The notes under the pieces: model-generated
The model's input: the letters and a program-made list of their open reading frames with translations, nothing else
Told to the model about the DNA's origin: nothing
Database searches by the model: none
Assembly: GCA_965197475.1 (NCBI GenBank)
Contig: CBDANF010000003.1
Location: 960,001 to 1,024,000, forward strand
Direction: 5' to 3'
Length of the DNA stretch: 64,000 nt
Origin: Candidatus Poribacteria bacterium
GTDB lineage: Bacteria; Poribacteria; WGA-4E; WGA-3G
Shown here: positions 47,786-58,540 of the stretch, in pieces
Layout of the letters: each line of letters opens with the position of its first letter
Position numbering within the stretch: the stretch's first letter is position 1
Program-made: the position numbers and the translations under genes

Positions 47786-50700
47786 TTAGTTTCCGTCCTC
47801 AGGAGGAGATTGCCGTTCCGGAATGTTATTAGCTCGCATGTAAGCTTGAATCTCACTTGCCTTAAGAATACAGTAATTAATTACCTCTTCAACCTGAGGA
47901 TCCGGGGGTTTTGTGGTTGGATATTTCTTAGGCAAGAAGTTGAAGTAATACAATGCATCGGCATAATAGTTTTCCTCTTTATCCGCGAGTATTGTATATG
48001 CTTCACCTAACTTACCGTAAGAAAGATCGCCATACTTAGTAGTTGGATATGCTTTCGTGATTCCCTTGAAAAGTTCAATTGCTGCTTCAATGTCAGACTT
48101 TTTGGCAGCTTTTTGAGCTTTCCCAAGCGATGTAGTAGCATACTTATATTCATTATGTGCAAGGAAACTGGCGGTCTCATTAATAAAACTCTGCGCAGTG
48201 TTTTTCGACTCTGAGCTGAGTCCAGGTGCAGCCAGCGCACGCTCATAGTTCTCAATCGCCAGTCGGAATAGACGAATTTGATCGATTTGTTCCAGATCTT
48301 TATCCAACGCGGCATTATAGTGCTTATTGCCGATATTGATAAACGCTTCACCAGCAAACTTGCTATTCTTAAATTCCTTGACAAGGATCTCGTTTGTTGC
48401 AAAGAGTTTGTCAAGGTATGCTTTTTCAGTACTTGCATCACCTGCATCTTTCGCAGCTTCAGAGAGATATTGATAGCAAGTCGCAATGGCATATAAGGAT
48501 TCAGGGGCTTTTTCATGCGATTTGTTAACCCGTCTGACCTTATCGTATTCAACAATAGCCTTTTTAAACTGCTCGGTTGTATAATATGCCTCGCCCGCCT
48601 GATACTGCCAGAGCGCAGCATCTTTGGCATTCGGATAACGTTTAACCAAATCAGTGAAAATCTTAGCCGACTTTTCAAAGTGAGCTACAGCTTGAGGAGA
48701 CATCTCTTCATCTAAACCTACTTGCATCCGGCCAAGGTCAAAGTTCGCAGATGCTAAGTAGTATAATGCAGTCTCCACGTTTCCCATAAGATCATTTGAG
48801 GCAGGGAATATACCTGCATCCGCATACGTTACAAACGCTGTAAGCGGATCAATGGCAAGCAACAACTCTTCCCGTTGTCTAAAACCAACACCGACAGAAT
48901 AGTAAATCTGGCCGGCTTGGAAAAGCGACCTCTCCACATACGGAATAACGGTCTGTTTATCCGCTTTCTCTACCGGTGTAGCAATTTTGTTGACTTCAAA
49001 GAAAACAGCGGCTGCTTGTCCGCTCGTATCAATGTAAGGCCCCGCTTCAAACCCTGGTTCTGGCTCACCAGGCAAGAGGGAGCGCGCTTTATCAGAATAG
49101 AGGTACCCAAGAGTATATTGCGCAGCGACTTTCTGTGTAACAGTCGCGGTCGGACTTGACTTGAGTCCTTCTACCGAACTAACCGCTTCAGCAATAGCTT
49201 CATCTAAGCGTCCCAATTTGACGTACAGTTCAGAACGACGGAGGCCAGCATCAGCCACCATAGAAGCAACACTAGTATTCTGTTCCGCCCCATAGTTGGC
49301 TATTAGATTCTGGAACACTTCCAACGCCTTATCAAGCTGATTTACTTTTTCCTGATAAATCAAGCCCATCCTGTAGTAGGATTGCGCCTTAACCACGTTA
49401 TCAGCCAATTCAATTGCCTTCTGATAATTTTTCAATGCCTCATCATACACCTTAAGGTGCTCATCTTGGGCATACGCCATTGCGAAGTAGGAGCGTCCAC
49501 GTAGGTCATCTTCTTCGCTATTAGCGATAATGTATTGATACTCTTTGACAGCGGAGGCATAGTCACCTACACTACTGTGTAATTCCGCCAGCCTTGAGTG
49601 TGCTTGAGAGATGAGATTCTTGCGTGCTTCGTCTTCCGTTTGACCTTCAAGGGCTGTGACCCGCATAAATGCTTCAATTGCAGCTTTCGTGTCTTTCAGT
49701 CCTAACTTTGCCAAACCGAGCGTATAGCCTGCACTGATGAGGTTGTCAACGTTATCTGTCATCTCCGCGACCTTCTCTGCTTCACTTGCAGCATTGGTAT
49801 AGGCCGCCTGAGCGGATTTGGCATCTTCTGCTTTTAGTGCTATCTGGTAATAACAGACAGCAGCTTGATATTGAGCACTTGGCGCAATTTCGCTTTTTGG
49901 AAAACTTTCGACAAGCACTTTATATGCAGCGAGAGCTTCCTGATAGCGTTCTTTGCTGTAGTAAGTATGCCCGATTTTGAGCTGTGATTGAATACGAGTA
50001 TCTTCAGGGACTCCAGAGTTATCAATAATTTGTTGCAGATTCGCGATGAGACCATCAATATCATCAGCATTCGTGTTCTCAAGAGCAGTTGCTTTGATGA
50101 GGTCAATATTACCGAGTGTCCGGAGAACCAGTTCATCGGTACTGTCAGCAAATTTTGCACTGGCAGCATCCACTGTCTCAAGAAGGAGTGACCACTTGGA
50201 GGTATCACCACGTTTTTGGGCGGCATCCCGATAGACTGAAACCAAGCCGTAATAGGCGTCAATAGCATTAGGACTGTCACCATGCTCAGCAATAACTTGA
50301 TTGAAAGCCGCTACGGCATTCTCTTCCAACTCCGGTTTTTCGGATGAAGCATGGTAATAGCAGAGACCCACGAGGTATAGCGCGTCATCCGCATATTCAC
50401 CTGTCGGATCTCCATCAACGACAGCTTGATATTGGACAGCCGCTTGTTCAAACTGTCCTTCGGCACGTAGCAGATCTGCAAGCTTAATTTCCGCCAATGA
50501 ACGGTTGTTTTTATCTGTTAGTTTTGTCAAGATTGAATCGTAGTAACTGATAGCTTCGGTTTTGTCTCCCTGCTTCACATAACTATTTGCGGTGAGCAGA
50601 AGAGCCCGTTCATAGTAGTTACTCGTATCAGGTATTATCGCGTAACGTTGCCGCGCTGCATCCCATGCACCAAGCATTTCGTGTGAGAGTGCCTCGTTCA

Positions 50701-52495
50701 TCAAACATGCCTGAACCTGGTCAACCCGTTCATCAAAATCTTGATAACGCCCTTCACTAATACCAGGAAGAAACGCTTCATCCGAAAACATGCTGATAGC
50801 ATTTTGGTATGCTGCTACAGATTTTTGAAGGTGATCTGTATTGAAATCCGAGGAGGGATCACCTTCTTGATAACCTTCAGGTTTAGCAGCTTCATAGTAG
50901 GAGCGACCTTCAAAGAATTTTCCCATCAACTTGACAAGGTGGAACTTGGGAAGTGGGCGATAGTCCCACAACTTGGCGTATTCTTCTGCAGCTGCAACGT
51001 ATTGCTTAAATTCAGTCCGTTTAATGTCTGCCAAACTGAATTGCACCTCAGCGGCAAGGATATCAAACTCGTTATCGTTTTTGTTCTTTTCAATAAACTC
51101 GTGGGCAACTTTTTCCAGTTCTTCCTTGCGTCCTAAGTCGTTCAGTGTCCAGATTGCGCCATATAACGCATGCGGCGTGACAGAGTTTTCTGGAAAATCG
51201 TCAATGGTTTGTTGGTACCATTGTAACGCGAGCTCAAGGGTGGCATTTGATTCTTCGGTCTCGCCAGCTTCGCGCTGATTGGTCCCAAGTTTGTAATATG
51301 CTTCCCCTACTTGGAAAGAACTGTAAAGTGTATAATTCAGTTCTGCGCTTTCTTCGCCTTCAAGTTCACCCTTTTCGTGTTCAATAACCAATTGATACGA
51401 ATCGACTGCCTCGCTCCAGCGTTTCAATCGGAATAGGCAATCGGCTATGCCAAGTTTAGCATCACCAATGAAGGTGCTTTCTGGATATTCATCAAGCAGT
51501 TTCGTGTAGGCGAGGATAGCGTTTTCATAATCCTCTTGATCAAAGTATGTTTGACCAATAGCAGACTGAATTTCGGATTGGAGTCCTCGGTCCGCAGTAT
51601 TTTGCAATGCTAACTCGTAGTTAACGCGTGCGTTGTCGTAGTCTTGCTGTTTAGCATAGATCGAACCTTGGTCAAAGTATGCTGCAGTAACGAGATTATG
51701 ATCCGGAAATTGTGTGATGAAGTTTGTATACCGACTGATCGCCTCATCAAGTCTGTTTAGTTGGTTCAAACAGAAAGCAGCTTTATACATCGCTTCGGCT
51801 TGAAGATCGGGATAGTTCTTAAAGTCTTCGGTATCAAATTTATCGAATTCTGGGAAAGCTTGCTCATACGCTCTTTCATCAAGGAACGATTGGGCGATGA
51901 GAAGTTGAGCATCGTCCTTGAATTCAGAATTAGGAAAGCCAACAAGGATGCTATTAAAGGCTGTTCGAGACTCCTCAAAGTTTTGCAACTTATAGTTCAA
52001 TTGCCCGATAGCGTACCATGCGTTCTCTACCTGGAGACTGTTCGGAAAGTTTTCAATTAACTGTTTGAATTTGGCTTCTGCAAGTGGATATTTCTCTGTT
52101 CGATACAGAATATGTCCCCAGAGGTATGTTAACCCTTCTTGGTGTTTAGCAATAGTTGCATTAGGAGCAACTTTTTCAATGAATTGTATCGCAGTTTCAA
52201 AATGATTGACATCCCCTGTCTTTTCGGCAAGTCGCGAATAAGCAACTGCAATTTTAAAATTGGCGAGGGTTTTGAAATCCTTGTCAATCACTGCGGTTTT
52301 CACACCGCGTTTCTTTGATTCTTCAAGTGCTTCAGTATACTTAGCGATCGCCCCTTCATAGTCTGCTTGCCCAGATAACTCTTCAGCTGCTCGGAAGAGT
52401 TCCTCTACCTTTTTGGAACTACCCATCATAAAAGGTGAGAGGAGTGCAACCACTAAGGCGAGACCACCAATAATGCCCAAAATTTTTGGATTCAT
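47786..52495 (-). CDS. Giant TPR protein (1569 aa) with N-terminal membrane anchor
   Basis: Many TPR-like units (e.g. FPNS...AWYAIGQ, YPES...AKLGIAD). Confidence 0.85.
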   Translation of the reverse strand: MNPKILGIIGGLALVVALLSPFMMGSSKKVEELFRAAEELSGQADYEGAIAKYTEALEESKKRGVKTAVIDKDFKTLANFKIAVAYSRLAEKTGDVNHFETAIQFIEKVAPNATIAKHQEGLTYLWGHILYRTEKYPLAEAKFKQLIENFPNSLQVENAWYAIGQLNYKLQNFEESRTAFNSILVGFPNSEFKDDAQLLIAQSFLDERAYEQAFPEFDKFDTEDFKNYPDLQAEAMYKAAFCLNQLNRLDEAISRYTNFITQFPDHNLVTAAYFDQGSIYAKQQDYDNARVNYELALQNTADRGLQSEIQSAIGQTYFDQEDYENAILAYTKLLDEYPESTFIGDAKLGIADCLFRLKRWSEAVDSYQLVIEHEKGELEGEESAELNYTLYSSFQVGEAYYKLGTNQREAGETEESNATLELALQWYQQTIDDFPENSVTPHALYGAIWTLNDLGRKEELEKVAHEFIEKNKNDNEFDILAAEVQFSLADIKRTEFKQYVAAAEEYAKLWDYRPLPKFHLVKLMGKFFEGRSYYEAAKPEGYQEGDPSSDFNTDHLQKSVAAYQNAISMFSDEAFLPGISEGRYQDFDERVDQVQACLMNEALSHEMLGAWDAARQRYAIIPDTSNYYERALLLTANSYVKQGDKTEAISYYDSILTKLTDKNNRSLAEIKLADLLRAEGQFEQAAVQYQAVVDGDPTGEYADDALYLVGLCYYHASSEKPELEENAVAAFNQVIAEHGDSPNAIDAYYGLVSVYRDAAQKRGDTSKWSLLLETVDAASAKFADSTDELVLRTLGNIDLIKATALENTNADDIDGLIANLQQIIDNSGVPEDTRIQSQLKIGHTYYSKERYQEALAAYKVLVESFPKSEIAPSAQYQAAVCYYQIALKAEDAKSAQAAYTNAASEAEKVAEMTDNVDNLISAGYTLGLAKLGLKDTKAAIEAFMRVTALEGQTEDEARKNLISQAHSRLAELHSSVGDYASAVKEYQYIIANSEEDDLRGRSYFAMAYAQDEHLKVYDEALKNYQKAIELADNVVKAQSYYRMGLIYQEKVNQLDKALEVFQNLIANYGAEQNTSVASMVADAGLRRSELYVKLGRLDEAIAEAVSSVEGLKSSPTATVTQKVAAQYTLGYLYSDKARSLLPGEPEPGFEAGPYIDTSGQAAAVFFEVNKIATPVEKADKQTVIPYVERSLFQAGQIYYSVGVGFRQREELLLAIDPLTAFVTYADAGIFPASNDLMGNVETALYYLASANFDLGRMQVGLDEEMSPQAVAHFEKSAKIFTDLVKRYPNAKDAALWQYQAGEAYYTTEQFKKAIVEYDKVRRVNKSHEKAPESLYAIATCYQYLSEAAKDAGDASTEKAYLDKLFATNEILVKEFKNSKFAGEAFINIGNKHYNAALDKDLEQIDQIRLFRLAIENYERALAAPGLSSESKNTAQSFINETASFLAHNEYKYATTSLGKAQKAAKKSDIEAAIELFKGITKAYPTTKYGDLSYGKLGEAYTILADKEENYYADALYYFNFLPKKYPTTKPPDPQVEEVINYCILKASEIQAYMRANNIPERQSPPEDGN

Positions 52496-52683
52496 TACAT
52501 TCTCCTTTAGAAATGAATAAAAGAAAACTATAGGGAAGCTGGAAAATTTTTCCGCCCCGTTGATTCTGTCAAAATATGAGCGGAATACGCAACCGCCCTG
52601 TTATTCTGCGAAATCCACCTTAGACAATAAATCAAGGTGATGCAGTGAAGCATTGCAAATGCCTCATTGATTTGAAATTTGGT

Positions 52684-53604
52684 TTACAATTTGCTTAAAT
52701 CGTAGAGTTCTGGTATAGTCGGTATTTCTGAAGATGCGTCCATCAATTTCTCAACAAACCGGGGCAATCTACGGTGCTTTCGTTGGTATTTATCTATAAA
52801 AGGTGCAACTTGGAGTTCCAACGGAAGCACAGCATAATCATCTTGCAACGGTGATTTTCTGCTTAAGATGTCAGGTTGTGCATAGACAATCAGTTCGGAA
52901 TCAGCAGCATCACTCGGAACAGAACGATCATTACTAATACGCATAACAATAATATGTCCCTCGGTTTCGGTAGTTAAGGGTTCTGCCAGTTTCCAATAAC
53001 CTACTTTCTCGGCATTTGTTACGACGGCAGGTGAACTAACATCACCAGGAGCCTTCCGCTTCGTTTCACGGTCATTATAGATACCATGCCGCAACTCTGA
53101 TTTTTCGTTAACATTATCAGATTCCCTGGCTAAGGGCGGTGAAACTTCCTGTTGTGGATATACCTTAGGGGGTAGTGAAACTTCTTGTTTTAGCAAGTGC
53201 GTAGCCACAAATCCTGTTCCTATCAACAATAAAAGCACACCTAACGGGAACGCATTCCTTCTGAAAAGACTGTACCGACCAAAACTTTGACGAAGTTTCG
53301 TCAGTAGAGACCAGGTGAACTGTCCCGCTGAGGTTTTTAGACGTTCGTTTAACGGTGTGGGTCCCTTATTCTCAAGGGAACGGTGCAATTCTACCTCAAA
53401 TTGATGGTAATAATTATCAGGAGCCTCAGGTTCAACATAGAAATCAACAACAAGATCACGTGTTTTTTTGAGAGCAGCGACTTCATGTTGACACACTTGG
53501 CAGCAAAGTAAATGATCCTCAACCTTTGCGGTATCGCTGGATGAGAGCGTATCGTCTATGTAGTCTGATATAAAACGTTGTATGGTGTTACACTTTAGTT
53601 TCAT
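52684..53604 (-). CDS. zf-HC2 transmembrane anti-sigma factor
   Basis: MKLKC...HLLCCQVC (HxxxCxxC), one TM, downstream of ECF sigma. Confidence 0.82.
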   Translation of the reverse strand: MKLKCNTIQRFISDYIDDTLSSSDTAKVEDHLLCCQVCQHEVAALKKTRDLVVDFYVEPEAPDNYYHQFEVELHRSLENKGPTPLNERLKTSAGQFTWSLLTKLRQSFGRYSLFRRNAFPLGVLLLLIGTGFVATHLLKQEVSLPPKVYPQQEVSPPLARESDNVNEKSELRHGIYNDRETKRKAPGDVSSPAVVTNAEKVGYWKLAEPLTTETEGHIIVMRISNDRSVPSDAADSELIVYAQPDILSRKSPLQDDYAVLPLELQVAPFIDKYQRKHRRLPRFVEKLMDASSEIPTIPELYDLSKL

Positions 53605-53708
53605 AATTTTGCCGGTTCCCGCATTTTGACTTATTATTGGGAACCGCTCCCACAAGAATTATCTAAACATTTTTGATTTTACCGACAACAACAATAGTGG
53701 AAAACTCG

Positions 53709-54296
53709 TTAGAATTTAGAGGTCGCTTCAACATACGGTTTTAACAATGTTCTGAGCTGTTTTCGAGCATAGTGTAACCGTGAACGGACTGTCCCTTCGG
53801 AACAATTTAAGATTGACGCTATCTCCGCATGCGTTAACCCTTCCAATTCATGAAGAATAACTACAATCCGATGTTTAAGTGAGAGACTATTGACCGCCTT
53901 TGTTACCCAATGCCGTAGTTCAACCTGTTCCGCTTGTATCTGTGGATCGTTCGCCATCTCTGCTTTCCTACGAACATTCGGATGAAATTCGGATTCTTCC
54001 GTTGTTTCGATCGGAGATTCACGACATCGTTCGCGCCGTTTGACGAAATTGAGTGCCTCATTGACAGCTATTCGATACACCCATGTTTCAAAAGCCGCCT
54101 CCTGCCGAAAGGTGTGAATTGACTGATATACCTTAATAAAGGTTTCCTGCATTACATCATTAGCGTCCTCGTGGTTTTTGGTAATTTGCATCGCGAGGCG
54201 GTGCACCATCCGTTTATACTTCTCAACCAAAGGTGCTAACGCTGTTTCATCCCCTTCACGAAGATAGTCAATGAGTAAGGCTTCAGTTCTTTCCAC
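53709..54296 (-). CDS. ECF sigma-70 factor
   Basis: DANDVMQETFIKVY, FETWVYRIAVN, GTVRSRLHYAR. Confidence 0.92.
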   Translation of the reverse strand: MERTEALLIDYLREGDETALAPLVEKYKRMVHRLAMQITKNHEDANDVMQETFIKVYQSIHTFRQEAAFETWVYRIAVNEALNFVKRRERCRESPIETTEESEFHPNVRRKAEMANDPQIQAEQVELRHWVTKAVNSLSLKHRIVVILHELEGLTHAEIASILNCSEGTVRSRLHYARKQLRTLLKPYVEATSKF

Positions 54297-54657
54297 GACA
54301 AATTCTCCTTCGGCTTCTACTATATTTAGACAACACTATTTCAAAAACTGTTCAATTTTTCTTTAAAAACACCATAGCATATATTATGGTGAAATATAAA
54401 ATAAGTAGACACCTGCTGGTAAGTACTGATCAAGGTGTATCGTTAATTGTAAAATCTACTATAAAAGCATTATAGCATATATTGATAAATTGTGTATAAA
54501 AAAATTGCTATTTACATGACCAAACTTATAGGGGTTTAATTTGCATTGGTTAGATTAAATTTTGTCAATCAGATCCTCCGCATAAAGATTGACAGTATTG
54601 AACGTAGACAGTCGTCACAAAGATGAATGTGTGAGTGCGACCTTGCTTGGACTCCAT

Positions 54658-54690
54658 AAAAAAGGACAGCGTATCAGAGATACGCTGTCC
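54658..54690 (-). terminator. Intrinsic terminator after Ig-like lipoprotein gene
   Basis: GGACAGCGTATC-4 nt-GATACGCTGTCC followed by a T-tract on the minus strand. Confidence 0.85.
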
Positions 54691-54713
54691 CAGTAAGCGA
54701 AATAGTTGAAAAT

Positions 54714-55382
54714 TTACTCTTTAGCTTTAGTGACAAAACTGATTAGTGGTTTATCTACGGTCCCTTCAAGTTTGTTGTTAGAACCATCCATGACTGTACC
54801 TGTAACCATGTACTCGGTTTCGTTGCCAAGTTCTTGACCAGCTTTCACCGTAAAGGTCGCTTTTTTACCTTTAATAGAGAGATCCCATTCGACCACATCG
54901 TCCTCACGGTCGCCATCCATAAGTTTGAGGGTACCAGTGACATCTTCACTGAAGGTAATTTCTATCATTTCTAAACCAGCATCAACATCTTTGGCTCCGT
55001 TTTCAGGGCTGCTGCCGGTGACTGTCGGTGCAGTTTCATCTGCTGCAACGACGGTATAGTTAAGCGTATGCCCATCATCACCGCCATTTTCCCAAGTAAG
55101 ATTAAGGGCAAGTGCACCAGTTGGGAAATCATCAGCGGGTGCCGTGATTTTCCGCGTCTTACCTTTGCCTGTAACATCCCCAACACTGGCTGTTACTTTA
55201 CCAGGGTCCTCGTCGAATGTGACGGTGATACTACCGTTTGCAGCAAGCTCTCCGTCTGCAGGGATAGCACTATCAAACGCTGCATCTGGAGTTTCAGGAT
55301 CTTCTTCTCCACCACAGCCGACCACGTAAACGGCGAGCAATGCCGCCATGACTATTGCCAAGGTTCTAAAAAAAAGTTTCAT
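54714..55382 (-). CDS. Lipoprotein with bacterial Ig-like (Big_5-like) domains
   Basis: Lipobox VVGC, DETAPTVTGSSPENGA..V...ITFSE. Confidence 0.78.
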   Translation of the reverse strand: MKLFFRTLAIVMAALLAVYVVGCGGEEDPETPDAAFDSAIPADGELAANGSITVTFDEDPGKVTASVGDVTGKGKTRKITAPADDFPTGALALNLTWENGGDDGHTLNYTVVAADETAPTVTGSSPENGAKDVDAGLEMIEITFSEDVTGTLKLMDGDREDDVVEWDLSIKGKKATFTVKAGQELGNETEYMVTGTVMDGSNNKLEGTVDKPLISFVTKAKE

Positions 55383-55873
55383 GAGTAGGTAACTCCTTAA
55401 TTAAGGTTTTTCAGAATGTAAGGTACCCCACATACGGGGTACAGATTAAAAACTTCATATATACATATAGATGGGGTTTCCGTGTCGTTATTCGTTAGTT
55501 TCAACGGAAATGGGGAAACTTACCATCATGTCCATGTTCAGTCAAGTAATTTTCAGACTATTTCGTTTGCCTTCCTCCGCGAAACCCAGAGGATAGACGA
55601 TGCTTTGAGAATAGAACTTTTTACAGAACCGTAGCCTTTCTAACACCATTGGATAGGCAATTTCCCAGTTCTGAAAGTCAACGCCCAAACTCTATACCTT
55701 TAATTTTAGCAAATTTTGCAAAATCTGTAAAGGTAAAAAATTAATTTTCGCTAATAATTATACAAAATTTTGTTTATTTTGTAAAGCGAAAACAAAATTT
55801 TCAAAAATTTGCTATAGATTAGCATAAATTATCACGTTTATGCAAGTAAAAATGACACATTCCCATTAAAAAA

Positions 55874-56869
55874 TCACAGATTTGAAGATATTTCGTTTTC
55901 CTGATGATCAAATAGTGCCATCTGTTCAGCTGCAGTTCCGGTAATCTGGTTCTGCAGACGTTCTGGATGCATTAATGTATCAACGACTGTATCCAGTTGA
56001 TCTGGTAAAAAAGGTAACGCACCCATTCTAATGAGTTGACGGGTTCCGTCACTCTGTTGATTTTGTGAGTTCCATTGACAGGCAAAAACAGGTCGATCTT
56101 GTAGCTGCGCGTATCGTGCCGCGTGCATTGCCCCTCCTTCTTTAGAGGTTTCAACTACAATCGTAACCATAGAAAGCCCACTGATAATACGATTGCGCAT
56201 CACCAGATTAGCGGGTGTTGACGGTGTTGGAAACGGGTGTTCTGAAAACAGACATCCGGTTTCATAAATCTTCATAGCAAGCTCGTTGTTTTCAGACGGG
56301 TAGATAGACGATAAATCGGTTGACAAAACACCAATAGTTGTTCCGTTTACCCCTAACGCACCGTAATGAGCATTTGTATCAATACCGTTAGCAAGACCAC
56401 TCACTATTGTAAACCCGGCTTCAACCAAACGGATCGAGAGTTCAAGCGTTACATTAATACTTTCAACCGTCGGACGTTTGGTCCCCACAATTGCAACACA
56501 TTTTTCACTTACTTCAGATAATTCGCCGACTCTGCATAGTACTATCGGCGCGTCTGGCACAGATTTTAGTGGTGTTGGATATTCAATATCTTCAGAAAAA
56601 AGCACCACTATACCTTGGTCAGCAAGTTCCTCTAATTTTTGCCGCAATTCAGTAAACCTGTTCCGTACAGTAAGTATTCGTGATGCTAAGATCGGGTTGA
56701 ATTGTGGCAACTGTGCTATCTCAACCAGTTCCGCATCAAAAATGCGTTCTACGCTACCGAAACGTGTTAACAAGCGTTTGATCCGAACTGCGCCGATTCC
56801 TTCAACCGAAGCAAGCGCGAACAAATATTCCCGATGTCTCTTTTCGTCTGTTTCGGACGAATGTGTCAT
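55874..56869 (-). CDS. dprA: DNA-processing protein DprA
   Basis: VAIVGTKR, IVSGLANGIDT.AH, RNRIISGLS. Confidence 0.93.
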   Translation of the reverse strand: MTHSSETDEKRHREYLFALASVEGIGAVRIKRLLTRFGSVERIFDAELVEIAQLPQFNPILASRILTVRNRFTELRQKLEELADQGIVVLFSEDIEYPTPLKSVPDAPIVLCRVGELSEVSEKCVAIVGTKRPTVESINVTLELSIRLVEAGFTIVSGLANGIDTNAHYGALGVNGTTIGVLSTDLSSIYPSENNELAMKIYETGCLFSEHPFPTPSTPANLVMRNRIISGLSMVTIVVETSKEGGAMHAARYAQLQDRPVFACQWNSQNQQSDGTRQLIRMGALPFLPDQLDTVVDTLMHPERLQNQITGTAAEQMALFDHQENEISSNL

Positions 56870-57049
56870 ACCGAAATTCCGATTCCTGAAAATCTATAAT
56901 TGTTTTTATGTTACAATATATGTATATTGTAACACATATTGACAAACTTTACAAATGTAAAACAGAGAACAAAGACATGGTGCGTAGAAATCAATTGACA
57001 CTTTCGTGCTGTTTAAGGTATCCTATAAAAGAGATGATTAGATTAGGAG

Positions 57050-57838
57050 ATGAAAATGGCAAATCAACCTATAAACATCCTTGAAACACAGGAATTGAGT
57101 CGGCACTATGGTGGTGTTATAGCCTTGGCGAAGGTTACAATACAGGTTCGCGCTGGGCAAATTTCCAGTTTGATTGGTCCAAACGGTGCTGGAAAAACAA
57201 CACTGTTTAACTGCGTCACCGGATTAGATAAACCCACGTTGGGGAAGGTTAATTTTTTAGGAAAACCAATTACGGGTTTCCGTTCGGATGAGGTTACAAA
57301 ACTCGGTATCGCTCGTACGTTCCAGAATATCAGACTTTTCACCGAACTGACGGTTCTGGATAACGTCAAAATTGGGAGACATTCTCGCACCTCCAGCACC
57401 TTTATAGGTGCAGTATTCCGTACTAATAGACAACAAAAGGAAGAGAAGGAAATTACGGAATATGCTGAGGAGATGCTCAAATTTGTCGGGTTAGCGGACG
57501 TTGGTGACCAAACAGCCGGAAATCTATCCTACGGAGACCAACGGCGCGTTGAGATCGCCAGAGCTTTGGCAACAAAACCTTTGTTCATTCTCTTGGACGA
57601 ACCTGCTGCAGGCATGAACCCACAAGAAACCCAAGAACTTATTTCATTGATCTATACCATTCGCGAACGAGGAATTTCTGTCCTGCTGATTGAACACGAT
57701 ATGAAAGTTGTGATGCAAATATCCGACTGGGTTACTGTGCTTGACCACGGCGAGAAAATTAGCGATGGTAAACCCGCAGACGTGCAAAACGATGAACGCG
57801 TCATCGCGGCATACTTAGGAACATCTGATGATGCTTAA
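57050..57838 (+). CDS. livG: Branched-chain amino acid ABC transporter ATPase
   Basis: GPNGAGKT, RTFQNIRLF, LDEPAAGMN, VIAAYLG. Confidence 0.88.
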   Translation: MKMANQPINILETQELSRHYGGVIALAKVTIQVRAGQISSLIGPNGAGKTTLFNCVTGLDKPTLGKVNFLGKPITGFRSDEVTKLGIARTFQNIRLFTELTVLDNVKIGRHSRTSSTFIGAVFRTNRQQKEEKEITEYAEEMLKFVGLADVGDQTAGNLSYGDQRRVEIARALATKPLFILLDEPAAGMNPQETQELISLIYTIRERGISVLLIEHDMKVVMQISDWVTVLDHGEKISDGKPADVQNDERVIAAYLGTSDDA

Positions 57839-58535
57839 ACTCAAGGACATTCATACTTACTATGGAAATATCCGTGCGGTGCGCGGAATTTCAATTGAGG
57901 TAAACGCTGGCGAAAAGGTGTGTATGATTGGCGCAAATGGTGCTGGCAAATCTACTACACTGATGACTATTTCTGGCGTTTACGCACCGGTACAGGGAAG
58001 TATACATTTTGAAGGTGAGGCTATTACAGCTACTTCGGCGGAGCAACGTGTCGCACTTGGGATTTCGCAAGTGCCTGAAGGACGTCTAATTTTTCCGGAT
58101 ATGACTGTCCTTGAAAACCTTGAACTCGGTGCGTATCTTAGAAACGACACAGCAGAGATTAGAACCGACCTAAACAAAATTTTTGATTATTTTCCGGTGC
58201 TTGCGGAACGACGTAAACAGCGAGGCGGTAGCCTCAGCGGCGGTGAACAGCAGATGTTAGCAGTTGGTCGTTCGTTAATGTCAAACCCGAGACTTCTGCT
58301 TCTGGATGAACCCTCTTTAGGTCTTGCACCACTTATTGTTAAACAGATTTTTGAAATTATTCAGCAAATTAATCAAGAGGGAACAACAATCCTATTGGTC
58401 GAACAGAACGCACAACTCGCTTTAAACATAACAGACAGAGGGTATGTGATGGAAACAGGTGAAATTACGATTGAAGGCACCTCTGTTGACCTTTTGGCAG
58501 ATGAGCGCGTACGGCAAGCCTACCTCGGAGAATAA
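57828..58535 (+). CDS. livF: Branched-chain amino acid ABC transporter ATPase
   Basis: GANGAGKS, VPEGR, LSGGEQQMLA, DEPSLGLAP. Confidence 0.9.
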   Translation: MMLKLKDIHTYYGNIRAVRGISIEVNAGEKVCMIGANGAGKSTTLMTISGVYAPVQGSIHFEGEAITATSAEQRVALGISQVPEGRLIFPDMTVLENLELGAYLRNDTAEIRTDLNKIFDYFPVLAERRKQRGGSLSGGEQQMLAVGRSLMSNPRLLLLDEPSLGLAPLIVKQIFEIIQQINQEGTTILLVEQNAQLALNITDRGYVMETGEITIEGTSVDLLADERVRQAYLGE

Positions 58536-58540
58536 TATAG

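Noticed and set aside
55540-55600. GGCAAAC on the minus strand suggesting a c-di-GMP-I riboswitch
   Set aside because: The following GAAA-capped stem and GACGCAAAG elements are absent
55700-55873. AT-rich region as a replication origin
   Set aside because: No DnaA-box (TTATCCACA) cluster seen and no dnaA/dnaN context
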